Shown here piece by piece: positions 12,277 through 23,808 of a stretch of 64,000 bases of DNA; positions within the stretch are counted from its first letter, which is position 1, and each line of letters begins with the position of its first letter. Source of the stretch: Caecitellus pseudoparvulus (taxonomy: Eukaryota > Protista > Bigyra: Bicosoecida); NCBI GenBank assembly GCA_965644315.1, contig CBFFRQ010000030.1, positions 1 through 64,000 of the forward strand. The letters run 5' to 3'. Both the position numbers and the translations under genes were made by a program. The notes beneath the pieces are model-generated. The model was given only the letters and a program-made list of their open reading frames with translations, did not search any database and was not told the origin of the DNA.

Positions 12277-15215
12277 AGTTCGGACTGGGCCGGCTGCTCC
12301 CATCGGCCCCGACCCACATGTCGACTGAAGCCGCCTGGACCCCGAGCGTGGACCATATCCTGAAGAAGATCCAGTCCCTGAGCCTCCACCGCAACCCTGG
12401 CACAGGGCACTACCAGGCTGAGCATGTCAAGTATGCCAGCGAGGACTTCCGGAAGAGGTACGCTGCCGCTCTTCAACAGGCCATCAGCACCGGTTCATGT
12501 CCAAGTCAGTACCACAGTGGGGTGGGGACACTCATCCCCAAGACCGCCAGCCAGGCCGGGAGGGTGCAGACATACAGGCTCATTGTCTGCCGTCCCCCCC
12601 AAGCCAAGCTCTTCTTCTCGGTCGTGGCCTCATGTGTCGAAGACTGGGTGCAGCACTGGATCTCACATGAGCAGGCAGGCTTCACCCATGCCCGCAACAC
12701 CCACGAGCAGATCCTGGCCTTGCAGGAGGTGTCCACTGCCCACCTGCGCGCCAAGCCCACTGCCAGTGTCCTTGTCCTTTTCGTGGACTTCAAGAGTGCC
12801 TTTGACACTGTCAGCCACGAAGCGATACCCGAGATCCTCGAGTCAGCAAGCCTCCCACAGCCCCTGCTCAGCTGCGTGAAGGACTACATGCAGCGCGCCA
12901 CAGTGGCCATTCACACTGGCCATGGTCTTTGCGACCCCCTCCCAGTCACCAACGGGGTCCCCCAGGGTGGCGCACTGTCGCCTCTGTTGTTCAAGGTGGC
13001 TATTGATGTGCTCTCTCAACGCCTGAGAGAGCTGCCAAGTCAGGGAGTGTCAGGGGCAGGAGTGCCGACACCCCGCGGCCACGTCACGCATACGCTCTAT
13101 GCGGACGATCTTGCTTGCCTCGCCACCACCCCTGCTGCCCTCCATCGGATGTTCCTTGAAGTCAAGGCCCTGGGCAGCCGGGTGGGCTTGGCCATCAACC
13201 CGCGCAAGTCCGGGGTCATGGTCCTCACCGGGGCGCAACAGGTCAATGGGGTGTCAGCCACGGAGCGGCGGAAGCTCATCTGGCGGTCCCGCTGGCTGAG
13301 GTCAGGGCAGTCCATGAAGGTCAAGGGGACACCCATCCAACGCACGAGCACCTACTCGTACTTGGGTGTCCCCCTGTCTGAAACTGTCAGCCGAACCCGA
13401 CTGCTTGCCACGAGGCAGGCCACTCTGTCCTGCACTCGGGCTGGGTTCGGCTGCGGTGCCCTCCTCAGTAGTGCGTGGCTGAGTCCGATCCTGAAGCAGC
13501 GGATCGGCACTGCCTCCATCAACAGTGCCGCCGACTACATCTTGGCGTCCCAGGTCAGCAACTCGGTGCTACCTTTGCGGGACGTCGATCGTGGACTTGC
13601 CATCGCCTTCAGCAAGGCCCAGCTGGGGATGCAAAGCTCGCTAGCACGTATGCACAACTATGCAAAGCTTGCTGTGTGCGGCGTCTTGCCAACACACATC
13701 CGGGCGACGAAACTCCGCAGCATTATCTTCATGAAGCTGCTGAAGAATGTCCAAGTGCCCACCCCCATGGCCAAGGCGCTGTCCATCAGCCTGCGCCAAG
13801 CCCTGGACCTGCTGCCCTCCCCCCTGGACATGGCCAGCATCTTCCTGGCCAATGTCCGCCTCGACAGGCCAGGCGCTGGAGGCATCCCAGATCCATGGGC
13901 CTTACACGGTCTACTCGACCTCTGGCTCCTTGGATGCCTCCCTGACCGCGCACGCCTGGAGGCTGTGTGCCTGGAGCCGCCGCCTGACTCTGCCCCAGAC
14001 ACACACGGGGTCGACATCACCGCTGGGATGGACCCCGCCCCCCCCAAGATCCAGCTGCTTGGACTCGCGGCAGCGGAGTCCTCAGATCTGTCGGCTGCCC
14101 CCCAGTTCCCGGACACCACCCCCTGGGCCACTCGGCAACGCGTCGTCGCCTCCTTCCTTCATGTGGCCCAGACGGTCAAGTGCGGTGCAGTTGGCTACAC
14201 TCCCACGGGGGAGATGAAGGCCACCAGGCGTCCGAAGGAGTACCACATCGGTGTGGGTGCTCGCTTCTTCGCCTGGCTGCACCCGATCCCTTCCTCTGTG
14301 AACCCAGTCTTCTGGGTCCACGAAGGCGATCAGGAGAGACGTGTGAAGGTGCACCTGTGGCAGACGCTTCAAGTGTTCAACGGGGATGACACCCCGACAC
14401 TGTTCAGCGCCTGCCCCCTGTGCCACAGCGTCTCCTGGTGCAGCCTGCAGGAGCACGTCCTTCTTGACTGCCCCCACCACGCCCTGGTCCCTGCGAGAAG
14501 GTCCGCCCTGTCAGAGGTGCGGAACCTCCTGTCCAGATCCAATGATGCAGTGAGGGGGGTCGCCAACTGCCAGTACCTCGAAGTACCCCCCCCACTGCTG
14601 GATGCTGTTGTCCACGCCGACGAAGGCCGCTTGTTGGGCCGCCCGTGTCGCCTGCTGCTGCTGCGACTGCTGCTGTGCGGCCAGTGGCCCCATCGGTGGG
14701 GCCAGCCTCCGGCACAACAGCCCTGGAGTCCCGAGGCAGCCGCGGTCCTGAGTAACCCCCATGTCACTCTCCGCGGCTCCTCGGGTCCACTCCGCCCCCC
14801 CAAGTACTGGCGCGAGGCCCTGGTAGCTGCCACGGGCCTCGCGGTATCTGCGTGGGACGCGGTGGTGACGTGCATGCTCAGCCTTACCTCTCGTGCCGAC
14901 CGTCACATCCAGAGGCACGCCCGGTACCTCTGGTGGGCGGCGCATGGACGAACGTGTCCTCTCCCAGGTTACTCGGCTCCTGATCCGAGTACTGTGAGGA
15001 AGCATGTGCGGGACGTGAAGACGCGGCGCTTCGAGCGCACTTACTTCCCTGTCAAGTCCCCTCGTCGGCCGCCTCGCTCCTTCACGAGGCAGGCCACCTT
15101 GCTCGACTTCGGGCTGGCACGGCCGGAAGTCCACGAGGAACCTCCGGCACCGTCGATTTCATCCTCGGCGTCGTCCTCTGGGTCGTCCTTGAAGTGTCCA
15201 TCTGACTCTGAGTAG
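12267..15215 (+). CDS. Element B1 reverse transcriptase plus C-terminal CCHC zinc knuckle (-1 frame relative to the APE ORF)
   Basis: LINE RT motifs YRLI, QAGF, FVDFKSAFDTVSH, GVPQGGALSPLLF, LYADD, INPRKS and YLGV are present. The CCHC is CPLC-x10-H-x4-C at ~14412-14470. Confidence 0.95.
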   Translation: MSLKFGLGRLLPSAPTHMSTEAAWTPSVDHILKKIQSLSLHRNPGTGHYQAEHVKYASEDFRKRYAAALQQAISTGSCPSQYHSGVGTLIPKTASQAGRVQTYRLIVCRPPQAKLFFSVVASCVEDWVQHWISHEQAGFTHARNTHEQILALQEVSTAHLRAKPTASVLVLFVDFKSAFDTVSHEAIPEILESASLPQPLLSCVKDYMQRATVAIHTGHGLCDPLPVTNGVPQGGALSPLLFKVAIDVLSQRLRELPSQGVSGAGVPTPRGHVTHTLYADDLACLATTPAALHRMFLEVKALGSRVGLAINPRKSGVMVLTGAQQVNGVSATERRKLIWRSRWLRSGQSMKVKGTPIQRTSTYSYLGVPLSETVSRTRLLATRQATLSCTRAGFGCGALLSSAWLSPILKQRIGTASINSAADYILASQVSNSVLPLRDVDRGLAIAFSKAQLGMQSSLARMHNYAKLAVCGVLPTHIRATKLRSIIFMKLLKNVQVPTPMAKALSISLRQALDLLPSPLDMASIFLANVRLDRPGAGGIPDPWALHGLLDLWLLGCLPDRARLEAVCLEPPPDSAPDTHGVDITAGMDPAPPKIQLLGLAAAESSDLSAAPQFPDTTPWATRQRVVASFLHVAQTVKCGAVGYTPTGEMKATRRPKEYHIGVGARFFAWLHPIPSSVNPVFWVHEGDQERRVKVHLWQTLQVFNGDDTPTLFSACPLCHSVSWCSLQEHVLLDCPHHALVPARRSALSEVRNLLSRSNDAVRGVANCQYLEVPPPLLDAVVHADEGRLLGRPCRLLLLRLLLCGQWPHRWGQPPAQQPWSPEAAAVLSNPHVTLRGSSGPLRPPKYWREALVAATGLAVSAWDAVVTCMLSLTSRADRHIQRHARYLWWAAHGRTCPLPGYSAPDPSTVRKHVRDVKTRRFERTYFPVKSPRRPPRSFTRQATLLDFGLARPEVHEEPPAPSISSSASSSGSSLKCPSDSE

Positions 15216-16050
15216 CGGGCGATGTGTGTAGAGCGCGGCGCGAGGCGGTGCAAGCTTACGGCGTGGCGTGGTGACAACCACGGTCGTGGCTGAGCGAAGT
15301 GCGAGAGCAGGGTGATGTGATGTCCTTGATGAATGACGGAACCTGCGGAAAGTTGGAAGATGATGAAGTGAATATGTCCAGTATACTTACATGATGGCTC
15401 GGGGTCCACGTGCAGCCCGAGATAGATTCCTGTGACGGGGCGCGCGGAATTTGGCAGGGTGAACACGCGGGCGCGCGGGGCAACGTCGCAGGCGGGGCGC
15501 ACAGGTCCTCAGGGCCTTGAGTGATGAGTCAGCTGGATTATCTGTGAAGAAAAGGAGGTGTTCTTGGTGTTCTTGGTGCGCGGGTGGCGTTGTTCCGGCG
15601 GTGCGCGCTGCTACCACCGGCGTGGTGCAGTGCAACACCGTCGTGAAACGCCACCCGAAGGCGGCCACTGCGGCTCAGGACAGCGCGCAGTGGCCCCAGG
15701 CACACGTGCAGTGCCTGGCAAGGGCCAGGAGAAGCGGGGGGTTTCTGAATTATGAAGCGAAGTGTGGACTGGAACGAAGCAAGAGTGGGCCCGGCCCCCT
15801 CTGGCTCAGCCGACTGAGCCGAGAGGGCGCGGGCGGGGCAGTTCGACACGTATGGGCGGGCGCGGGCGCGCCCTAGCAAGCGGCGGCTCATACAACGGAC
15901 GTATGTCCGTGATGGCTGCAGACCCACGAGAGTGGGAGCCGCTGTAGCGCTCCTGGTGTGCCTTGTGCACAGCAGCGAACGCTACATGTGATGCCCAAGC
16001 TGTATCGCGTGCAAGCGTGAAGGCGACATGCAATGCATTGAATGAACTAA

Positions 16051-19000
16051 TGTCAACCTAATCATAGGTTGTGCATTGCTAACATTGCCTAATCCAGGCG
16101 CTCGTGCACCCAAGTGTGGTGTTGCACAGTGTTTGGGTTGGCAGTGCAGCGCGCGGGTGGCAGCTGTGCGAATTCCGCACGCCATCACACCAGCGCAAGC
16201 AGTGTGCACTCCCCGCGGGAGTCTGCACCTGTGGATACCTGCATCACGTTCCATCATCACCATGGAAGCCAAGACAAGTCAAGTACTGGGTGCGCTCTTC
16301 GTGGATAAGTGCATTGCTGCGCGAGCAATGCGTGGACCAAGAACGGGCGGATTTACTGACATGCCGCGCCGAGGCGCTGCACGAACGTTTGAGCTTGGCG
16401 GAGTGCCCATCGACGAAGACCCTTCAACATCTTCATCAACAATCCGAGATTCCTGGCTTCAAGTCTTTGGTGAGGCGGCGGAGGCCCAGTTCCCTGGCAT
16501 CTGTGCGGAAGTTGGGCGTGGTGCAGCGGCGTTGCGCCGCCCACAAGGAACCCCAGCTGCCCTGCTAGTCTCGCTTGGCGGAGGAAGTGCCAGCGCAGAG
16601 CTGGCACGGAGCATACGCGAAGCAGCAGCACGTGAGGACGACTTCACTGTGCGCCTTGGACGAGGTGGCTTCATGGCTGTGGTGTTTCCAGACACACGCC
16701 AGTTCGCCAACGCCAAGGCCAAGGTGCAGGTGACTGCCTCGGCCCCAGTGCTCAAGGCGGCCCACCTCCTGATGCCCCAAGCCACGAAGATTGCTGTTGA
16801 GACAGGTGACGTAAGCTCAGTCGTGAAGCTCGTCAAGTCCCATCTTCATGGCCACTCGCCGCCTGCTCGTCAAGACCGCCACTTCGTCCGACATTCCGTC
16901 CCCGTCAAGGGCGACGCCGCTGTCGACAAAGTGAACCGGCCTGCTCCACCCAAGCCTGCCCACACTGCTCATCATGTGCCAGGCAAGCGCAAGAAGGTAC
17001 GCCGAGGACAGCGCTCGAAGTCTTCGAAGCCATCCAATGTCGTGCCAGGACGAACGTTCGCTGACCTCTTCAAGACTCCCCCGTCCGAGCCCTCAGCAAG
17101 CCGACGCCCCTTCCGTACAGTGATGCCTGCCCCCACCACTTCACCGCGACCCACGACGGAGGTTGTCCTTCCATCCTCTCGGGTGCGCACTGGGGCTAGC
17201 ACGCGATGGGACCAACCGCCAACTGCTGAGCAAGACTCAAAGCAACAACACCATGCCCAGTCAGCAGCCCAACCCGCTCAGGCACCCAGCACTGAAACGG
17301 CCAGGACTTTGTTTGTTGGTGCAGACAAGCCAAGTGTCAAGTCTGAACCGCAGGCATGCGACACGTTGGACATGCCAGACTCATCACCACCCTCCCCAGG
17401 AATCGTTGAAGTCGTTCGGATGGAAGACTGCAGCAGGCTCCCAGCGGATCTCCCAAGACACAGAATCCCAACTGGGTCCCCGCTGGAACGCCTCCTTGCA
17501 TCAAGCACAGTAGCTGGCAACCTTTCCGAGCGCCACTGTGTGCAAGCATGTCTGGAAACTGCAGCGGGTGCTCAGGTGCTGGAGCCCGAGGATCTTCTCC
17601 TCCTCCAACACGCAGCCACAGTGGAAGCAGCGCAACGCGCATTCAAAACCCTGCGCAAGCGAGAGGCTGCAGCCCTGTCTGACTCGTCCAGCTCGGATGT
17701 CCAGTGCCTGGCGCCGACTAGAGGCGTGGCCTCTTCGGATCCCGAGGACCAGCTAGCAGCATTGGCCCGACTGCTGTACCGGTTCACTCCGGATGACTCG
17801 CTGCTGCAGCCCACGTCTCCCCCAGTGCTTCTGCCAGGTCTCCACATGCTGCTGAACCGTATCAATGTTGGGCATGAAGACCTGCATGGCGGGAACAAGC
17901 ACCATGGCGGTGTGAGTCCACAAGCGGTTGTGGACGAGGACGAGCAAGAGCGGTACTTCCATGGCGTCCACTTCGCCTTTGCTCTCCACCGGCCCCAACA
18001 AGTCCACGCTGCCCACCTGACTCTCATACTGGCTGACCATGACCGTGGAGTCCTTGTCCTATGGAACCCAGACACACCTGATGCATGCACTGAGCTGCCC
18101 ATGCACAAGTGTATGCAGAGACTCTACGATGACGCAGTGGACATGGTGTACAGAGTGTCGGCAACCCCCACACCGGGAACCCAGTCCCTCTTTGTGACAG
18201 GATCCGAGACATATTCCACAGTCTGCGCCAGTCCTTCCCTCCCCTTCCCTTTGTGGACCACGAGGGGGCTGTCCACCTCAAGACGTTCATCGCGGGGAAG
18301 TCTACCAGGGTCACCATTCAAGCAGGCCGGCTCACTCGAGCACAGGCCTCTGCAGCAAGTGAGGCAAAGGAGCGCGACCCTCTGTTCCAACTCATTCCAT
18401 CAGACGAGGATGCCATGCCCCCGAGGTGGGAGCAGAGTCCGTACACACCAGTGGGAAAGTCCAGCAGCATCCCAGTGTCGCTCGTGTCATGGAATGTTGC
18501 TGGGTCGTGTGGCCGCAACCTGCACAAGGTTCTCATCTGCGCCCAGTCTGTGTGCCTCCGTTCATCCAGACTGGTCCTCTGCCTCACGGAACCTGGTGGC
18601 CACGGCACACTTGACTCGGAAGTCATGGGGCTCCAATGTTTCAGGCCCTCCCCCCCAGATCGTCCACCCGGTCGCAGTGAAGTTGCGCTTCTGGTCGACC
18701 GTCGTCTACGCGCCACGCAGATAGTCAACCTTGGACTCGATGGGCGCTGTGTGGTCGCCTGCTCCATCCCCATGAAGCCAAGGCCCCTTGCTGTTATCGC
18801 GGCCTACGTGCCCAACTGGCACACGGCCCAGCGGAAGAAGCCACTTGCAGACCCAGACACTAAGCTGCCCCACCGCCAAGAGGTCTGGGAGCAGCTGGCC
18901 AACGCTGTAAAAAGTCTGCGAACCACGCATATGATCTCCCTCATGGGGGACCTCAACTGCCATCCTGGTGATGGCGGACTTCCTGCTTGGGACGCAACAT

Positions 19001-22000
19001 GCTGGCAGAACCGGACCGATGTCGCTGACCCCATCCCAGATGTCAAGGAGCTCGCAATCGTGTGCGAGCATGGTAACCTCGAGCCAGCCGGGCTCGCCGG
19101 GTGCTCCACCCATGCCACGAACGGCAGAGCCCTGGACCACATCCTTGTCTGCCCACTGCTCAAGGCCCAGGTCAAGGTGCCACACACAGTGACGACAACC
19201 TTCTCCAGTGCAGGCAAGCAGAATCCGGAGAAGTCGATCCTGAGTGACCACTACCTCCTGTCAGCAACAGTCCAAGTTGTGATCCCTCCACGGCCAAAGG
19301 GTGCCCGGCATGCCCACTCTTCCTTCTCTGTGCCGCCATGGTGGGCATCATCTACACGTGAAGGGCGCAGGGCACAGACCTTGCACAGGCGGCTGCTTGA
19401 CTCATCCATCACTGGTGCCGCATCCCCCCACCCGGCCAAGCTGCAGACACCCTGCTGTCAGGCCTGGATGATTTGGTTGCCGACGCTGCCCGACAAGCCC
19501 ATGCCAAGTGCAAAGTTGTGGCACCCCCGCTGCTTCAGGCCCTTGCCGACATTCGCACCCTCAGCTCTGTCAAGAAGCGGATGACAGTGAGGACAGGGCG
19601 GATCAAGAAGCAACTCCGCAAGCTTCATCGACGCCGGCACCTTCTTCAGCATAGCCAGTCACCCCATGCCCCAGCTGACCTACGTTGTGCGGATGAACGA
19701 AAGCACATGCTCATGGAGGACCTTGCTGCCACCCATGTTGAAAGGAAGAAGGCGATGCGCAAGTGTACTCGGCTGGTTGCCAAGAAACACAAGGCCGCCA
19801 TGTTCCAAGTCCAGCAGCGCATCCGGGACCTTGCCCGGCTTGACCCCTTCACTGCTCACCTGCATGTGCGGAAGCTGTCCGGCAGAAGGAGGAAGGGCAC
19901 TTCGTCGTCCATCCAGTCAGTCATGGACGACAGCGGCACCCTCATCACAGACCCATCACAAGTGCGGGCTGTGGTCAGGGACCAGATGGCCCAGATCATC
20001 AGCCCCCTCCACGGCAAGTCGTGTCCCTGAAGTTCGGACTGGGCCGGCTGCTCCCATCGGCCCCGACCCACATGTCGACTGAAGCCGCCTGGACCCCGAG
20101 CGTGGACCATATCCTGAAGAAGATCCAGTCCCTGAGCCTCCACCGCAACCCTGGCACAGGGCACTACCAGGCTGAGCATGTCAAGTATGCCAGCGAGGAC
20201 TTCCGGAAGAGGTACGCTGCCGCTCTTCAACAGGCCATCAGCACCGGTTCATGTCCAAGTCAGTACCACAGTGGGGTGGGGACACTCATCCCCAAGACCG
20301 CCAGCCAGGCCGGGAGGGTGCAGACATACAGGCTCATTGTCTGCCGTCCCCCCAAGCCAAGCTCTTCTTCTCGGTCGTGGCCTCATGTGTCGAAGACTGG
20401 GTGCAGCACTGGATCTCACATGAGCAGGCAGGCTTCACCCATGCCCGCAACACCCACGAGCAGATCCTGGCCTTGCAGGAGGTGTCCACTGCCCACCTGC
20501 GCGCCAAGCCCACTGCCAGTGTCCTTGTCCTTTTCGTGGACTTCAAGAGTGCCTTTGACACTGTCAGCCACGAAGCGATACTCGAGATCCTCGAGTCAGC
20601 AAGCCTCCCACAGCCCCTGCTCAGCTGCGTGAAGGACTACATGCAGCGCGCCACAGTGGCCATTCACACTGGCCATGGTCTTTGCGACCCCCTCCCAGTC
20701 ACCAACGGGGTCCCCCAGGGTGGCGCACTGTCGCCTCTGTTGTTCAAGGTGGCTATTGATGTGCTCTCTCAACGCCTGAGAGAGCTGCCAAGTCAGGGAG
20801 TGTCAGGGGCAGGAGTGCCGACACCCCGCGGCCACGTCACGCATACGCTCTATGCGGACGATCTTGCTTGCCTCGCCACCACCCCTGCTGCCCTCCATCG
20901 GATGTTCCTTGAAGTCAAGGCCCTGGGCAGCCGGGTGGGCTTGGCCATCAACCCGCGCAAGTCCGGGGTCATGGTCCTCACCGGGGCGCAACAGGTCAAT
21001 GGGGTGTCAGCCACGGAGCGGCGGAAGCTCATCTGGCGGTCCCGCTGGCTGAGGTCAGGGCAGTCCATGAAGGTCAAGGGGACACCCATCCAACGCACGA
21101 GCACCTACTCGTACTTGGGTGTCCCCCTGTCTGAAACTGTCAGCCGAACCCGACTGCTTGCCACGAGGCAGGCCACTCTGTCCTGCACTCGGGCTGGGTT
21201 CGGCTGCGGTGCCCTCCTCAGTAGTGCGTGGCTGAGTCCGATCCTGAAGCAGCGGATCGGCACTGCCTCCATCAACAGTGCCGCCGACTACATCTTGGCG
21301 TCCCAGGTCAGCAACTCGGTGCTACCTTTGCGGGACGTCGATCGTGGACTTGCCATCGCCTTCAGCAAGGCCCAGCTGGGGATGCAAAGCTCGCTAGCAC
21401 GTATGCACAACTATGCAAAGCTTGCTGTGTGCGGCGTCTTGCCAACACACATCCGGGCGACGAAACTCCGCAGCATTATCTTCATGAAGCTGCTGAAGAA
21501 TGTCCAAGTGCCCACCCCCATGGCCAAGGCGCTGTCCATCAGCCTGCGCCAAGCCCTGGACCTGCTGCCCTCCCCCCTGGACATGGCCAGCATCTTCCTG
21601 GCCAATGTCCGCCTCGACAGGCCAGGCGCTGGAGGCATCCCAGATCCATGGGCCTTACACGGTCTACTCGACCTCTGGCTCCTTGGATGCCTCCCTGACC
21701 GCGCACGCCTGGAGGCTGTGTGCCTGGAGCCGCCGCCTGACTCTGCCCCAGACACACACGGGGTCGACATCACCGCTGGGATGGACCCCGCCCCCCCCAA
21801 GATCCAGCTGCTTGGACTCGCGGCAGCGGAGTCCTCAGATCTGTCGGCTGCCCCCCAGTTCCCGGACACCACCCCCTGGGCCACTCGGCAACGCGTCGTC
21901 GCCTCCTTCCTTCATGTGGCCCAGACGGTCAAGTGCGGTGCAGTTGGCTACACTCCCACGGGGGAGATGAAGGCCACCAGGCGTCCGAAGGAGTACCACA

Positions 22001-23796
22001 TCGGTGTGGGTGCTCGCTTCTTCGCCTGGCTGCACCCGATCCCTTCCTCTGTGAACCCAGTCTTCTGGGTCCACGAAGGCGATCAGGAGAGACGTGTGAA
22101 GGTGCACCTGTGGCAGACGCTTCAAGTGTTCAACGGGGATGACACCCCGACACTGTTCAGCGCCTGCCCCCTGTGCCACAGCGTCTCCTGGTGCAGCCTG
22201 CAGGAGCACGTCCTTCTTGACTGCCCCCACCACGCCCTGGTCCCTGCGAGAAGGTCCGCCCTGTCAGAGGTGCGGAACCTCCTGTCCAGATCCAATGATG
22301 CAGTGAGGGGGTCGCCAACTGCCAGTACCTCGAAGTACCCCCCACTGCTGGATGCTGTTGTCCACGCCGACGAAGGCCGCTTGTTGGGCCGCCCGTGTCG
22401 CCTGCTGCTGCTGCGACTGCTGCTGTGCGGCCAGTGGCCCCATCGGTGGGGCCAGCCTCCGGCACAACAGCCCTGGAGTCCCGAGGCAGCCGCGGTCCTG
22501 AGTAACCCCCATGTCACTCTCCGCGGCTCCTCGGGTCCACTCCGCCCCCCCAAGTACTGGCGCGGGGGCCGGGTAGCTGCCACGGGCCTCGCGGTATCTG
22601 CGTGGGACGCGGTGGTGACGTGCATGCTCAGCCTTACCTCTCGTGCCGACCGTCACATCCAGAGGCACGCCCGGTACCTCTGGTGGGCGGCGCATGGACG
22701 AACGTGTCCTCTCCCAGGTTACTCGGCTCCTGATCCGAGTACTGTGAGGAAGCATGTGCGGGACGTGAAGACGCGGCGCTTCGAGCGCACTTACTTCCCT
22801 GTCAAGTCCCCTCGTCGGCCGCCTCGCTCCTTCACGAGGCAGGCCACCTTGCTCGACTTCGGGCTGGCACGGCCGGAAGTCCACGAGGAACCTCCGGCAC
22901 CGTCGATTTCATCCTCGGCGTCGTCCTCTGGGTCGTCCTTGAAGTGTCCATCTGACTCTGAGTAGCGGGCGATGTGTGTAGAGCGCGGCGCGAGGCGGTG
23001 CAAGCTTACGGCGTGGCGTGGTGACAACCACGGTCGTGGCTGAGCGAAGTGCGAGAGCAGGGTGATGTGATGTCCTTGATGAATGACGGAACCTGCGGAA
23101 AGTTGGAAGATGATGAAGTGAATATGTCCAGTATACTTACATGATGGCTCGGGGTCCACGTGCAGCCCGAGATAGATTCCTGTGACGGGGCGCGCGGAAT
23201 TTGGCAGGGTGAACACGCGGGCGCGCGGGGCAACGTCGCAGGCGGGGCGCACAGGTCCTCAGGGCCTTGAGTGATGAGTCAGCTGGATTATCTGTGAAGA
23301 AAAGGAGGTGTTCTTGGTGTTCTTGGTGCGCGGGTGGCGTTGTTCCGGCGGTGCGCGCTGCTACCACCGGCGTGGTGCAGTGCAACACCGTCGTGAAACG
23401 CCACCCGAAGGCGGCCACTGCGGCTCAGGACAGCGCGCAGTGGCCCCAGGCACACGTGCAGTGCCTGGCAAGGGCCAGGAGAAGCGGGGGGTTTCTGAAT
23501 TATGAAGCGAAGTGTGGACTGGAACGAAGCAAGAGTGGGCCCGGCCCCCTCTGGCTCAGCCGACTGAGCCGAGAGGGCGCGGGCGGGGCAGTTCGACACG
23601 TATGGGCGGGCGCGGGCGCGCCCTAGCAAGCGGCGGCTCATACAACGGACGTATGTCCGTGATGGCTGCAGACCCACGAGAGTGGGAGCCGCTGTAGCGC
23701 TCCTGGTGTGCCTTGTGCACAGCAGCGAACGCTACATGTGATGCCCAAGCTGTATCGCGTGCAAGCGTGAAGGCGACATGCAATGCATTGAATGAA
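16051..23796 (+). mobile_element. Telomeric non-LTR retrotransposon B, copy 2 (near-identical tandem copy with homopolymer frameshifts)
   Basis: Same sequence as B1 except 1-2 nt deletions in C/G runs (~18165, ~19425, ~20348, ~22308, ~22338), C>T at 20582 and a short patch at ~22565-22571. Followed by CTAACCCTAACC (23797-23808). Confidence 0.95.
16262..22965 (+). pseudogene. Element B2 protease-APE-RT coding region, fragmented by frameshifts (possibly assembly artefacts)
   Basis: ORF pieces 16076-18724, 18253-19584, 19473-20030, 20021-20632 and 20251-22965 tile the B1 proteins. Confidence 0.8.
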
Positions 23797-23808
23797 CTAA
23801 CCCTAACC
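23797..23808 (+). repeat. Telomeric junction CTAACCCTAACC between the retroelement array and subtelomeric DNA
   Basis: Read directly: ...AATGAA|CTAACCCTAACC|TGCCCACTTCAG. Confidence 0.9.

Larger units (their letters stand above)
8295..16046 (+). mobile_element. Telomeric non-LTR retrotransposon B, copy 1 (full length, ~7.75 kb)
   Basis: APE, RT and CCHC motifs are present. It is flanked by telomeric bases (8279-8294 and CTAA at 16047-16050) and tandemly duplicated with a period of 7756 bp. Confidence 0.95.

Noticed and set aside
12270-12277. CCC-TGA as a +1 shifty stop
   Set aside because: The RT lies in the -1 frame, not +1, and no X-XXY-YYZ heptamer is evident at the stop.
14470-15215. 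RLE or RNase H domain after the CCHC in element B (Dualen-type dual endonuclease)
   Set aside because: No PD-(D/E)xK or RNase H motif is recognisable by eye.
15515-16030. Hammerhead ribozyme (GTGATGAG...GAAA) or group II intron domain V (AGCTGTAT...GCAA) in the B 3' UTR
   Set aside because: The core is not CUGANGA with proper stems, and the domain V lower stem does not pair.
8295-23796. LTR or Penelope-like (Athena/Terminon) classification
   Set aside because: The RT and APE motifs are LINE-type. There is no integrase, LTR, GIY-YIG or pLTR; the repeat is whole-element tandem duplication.
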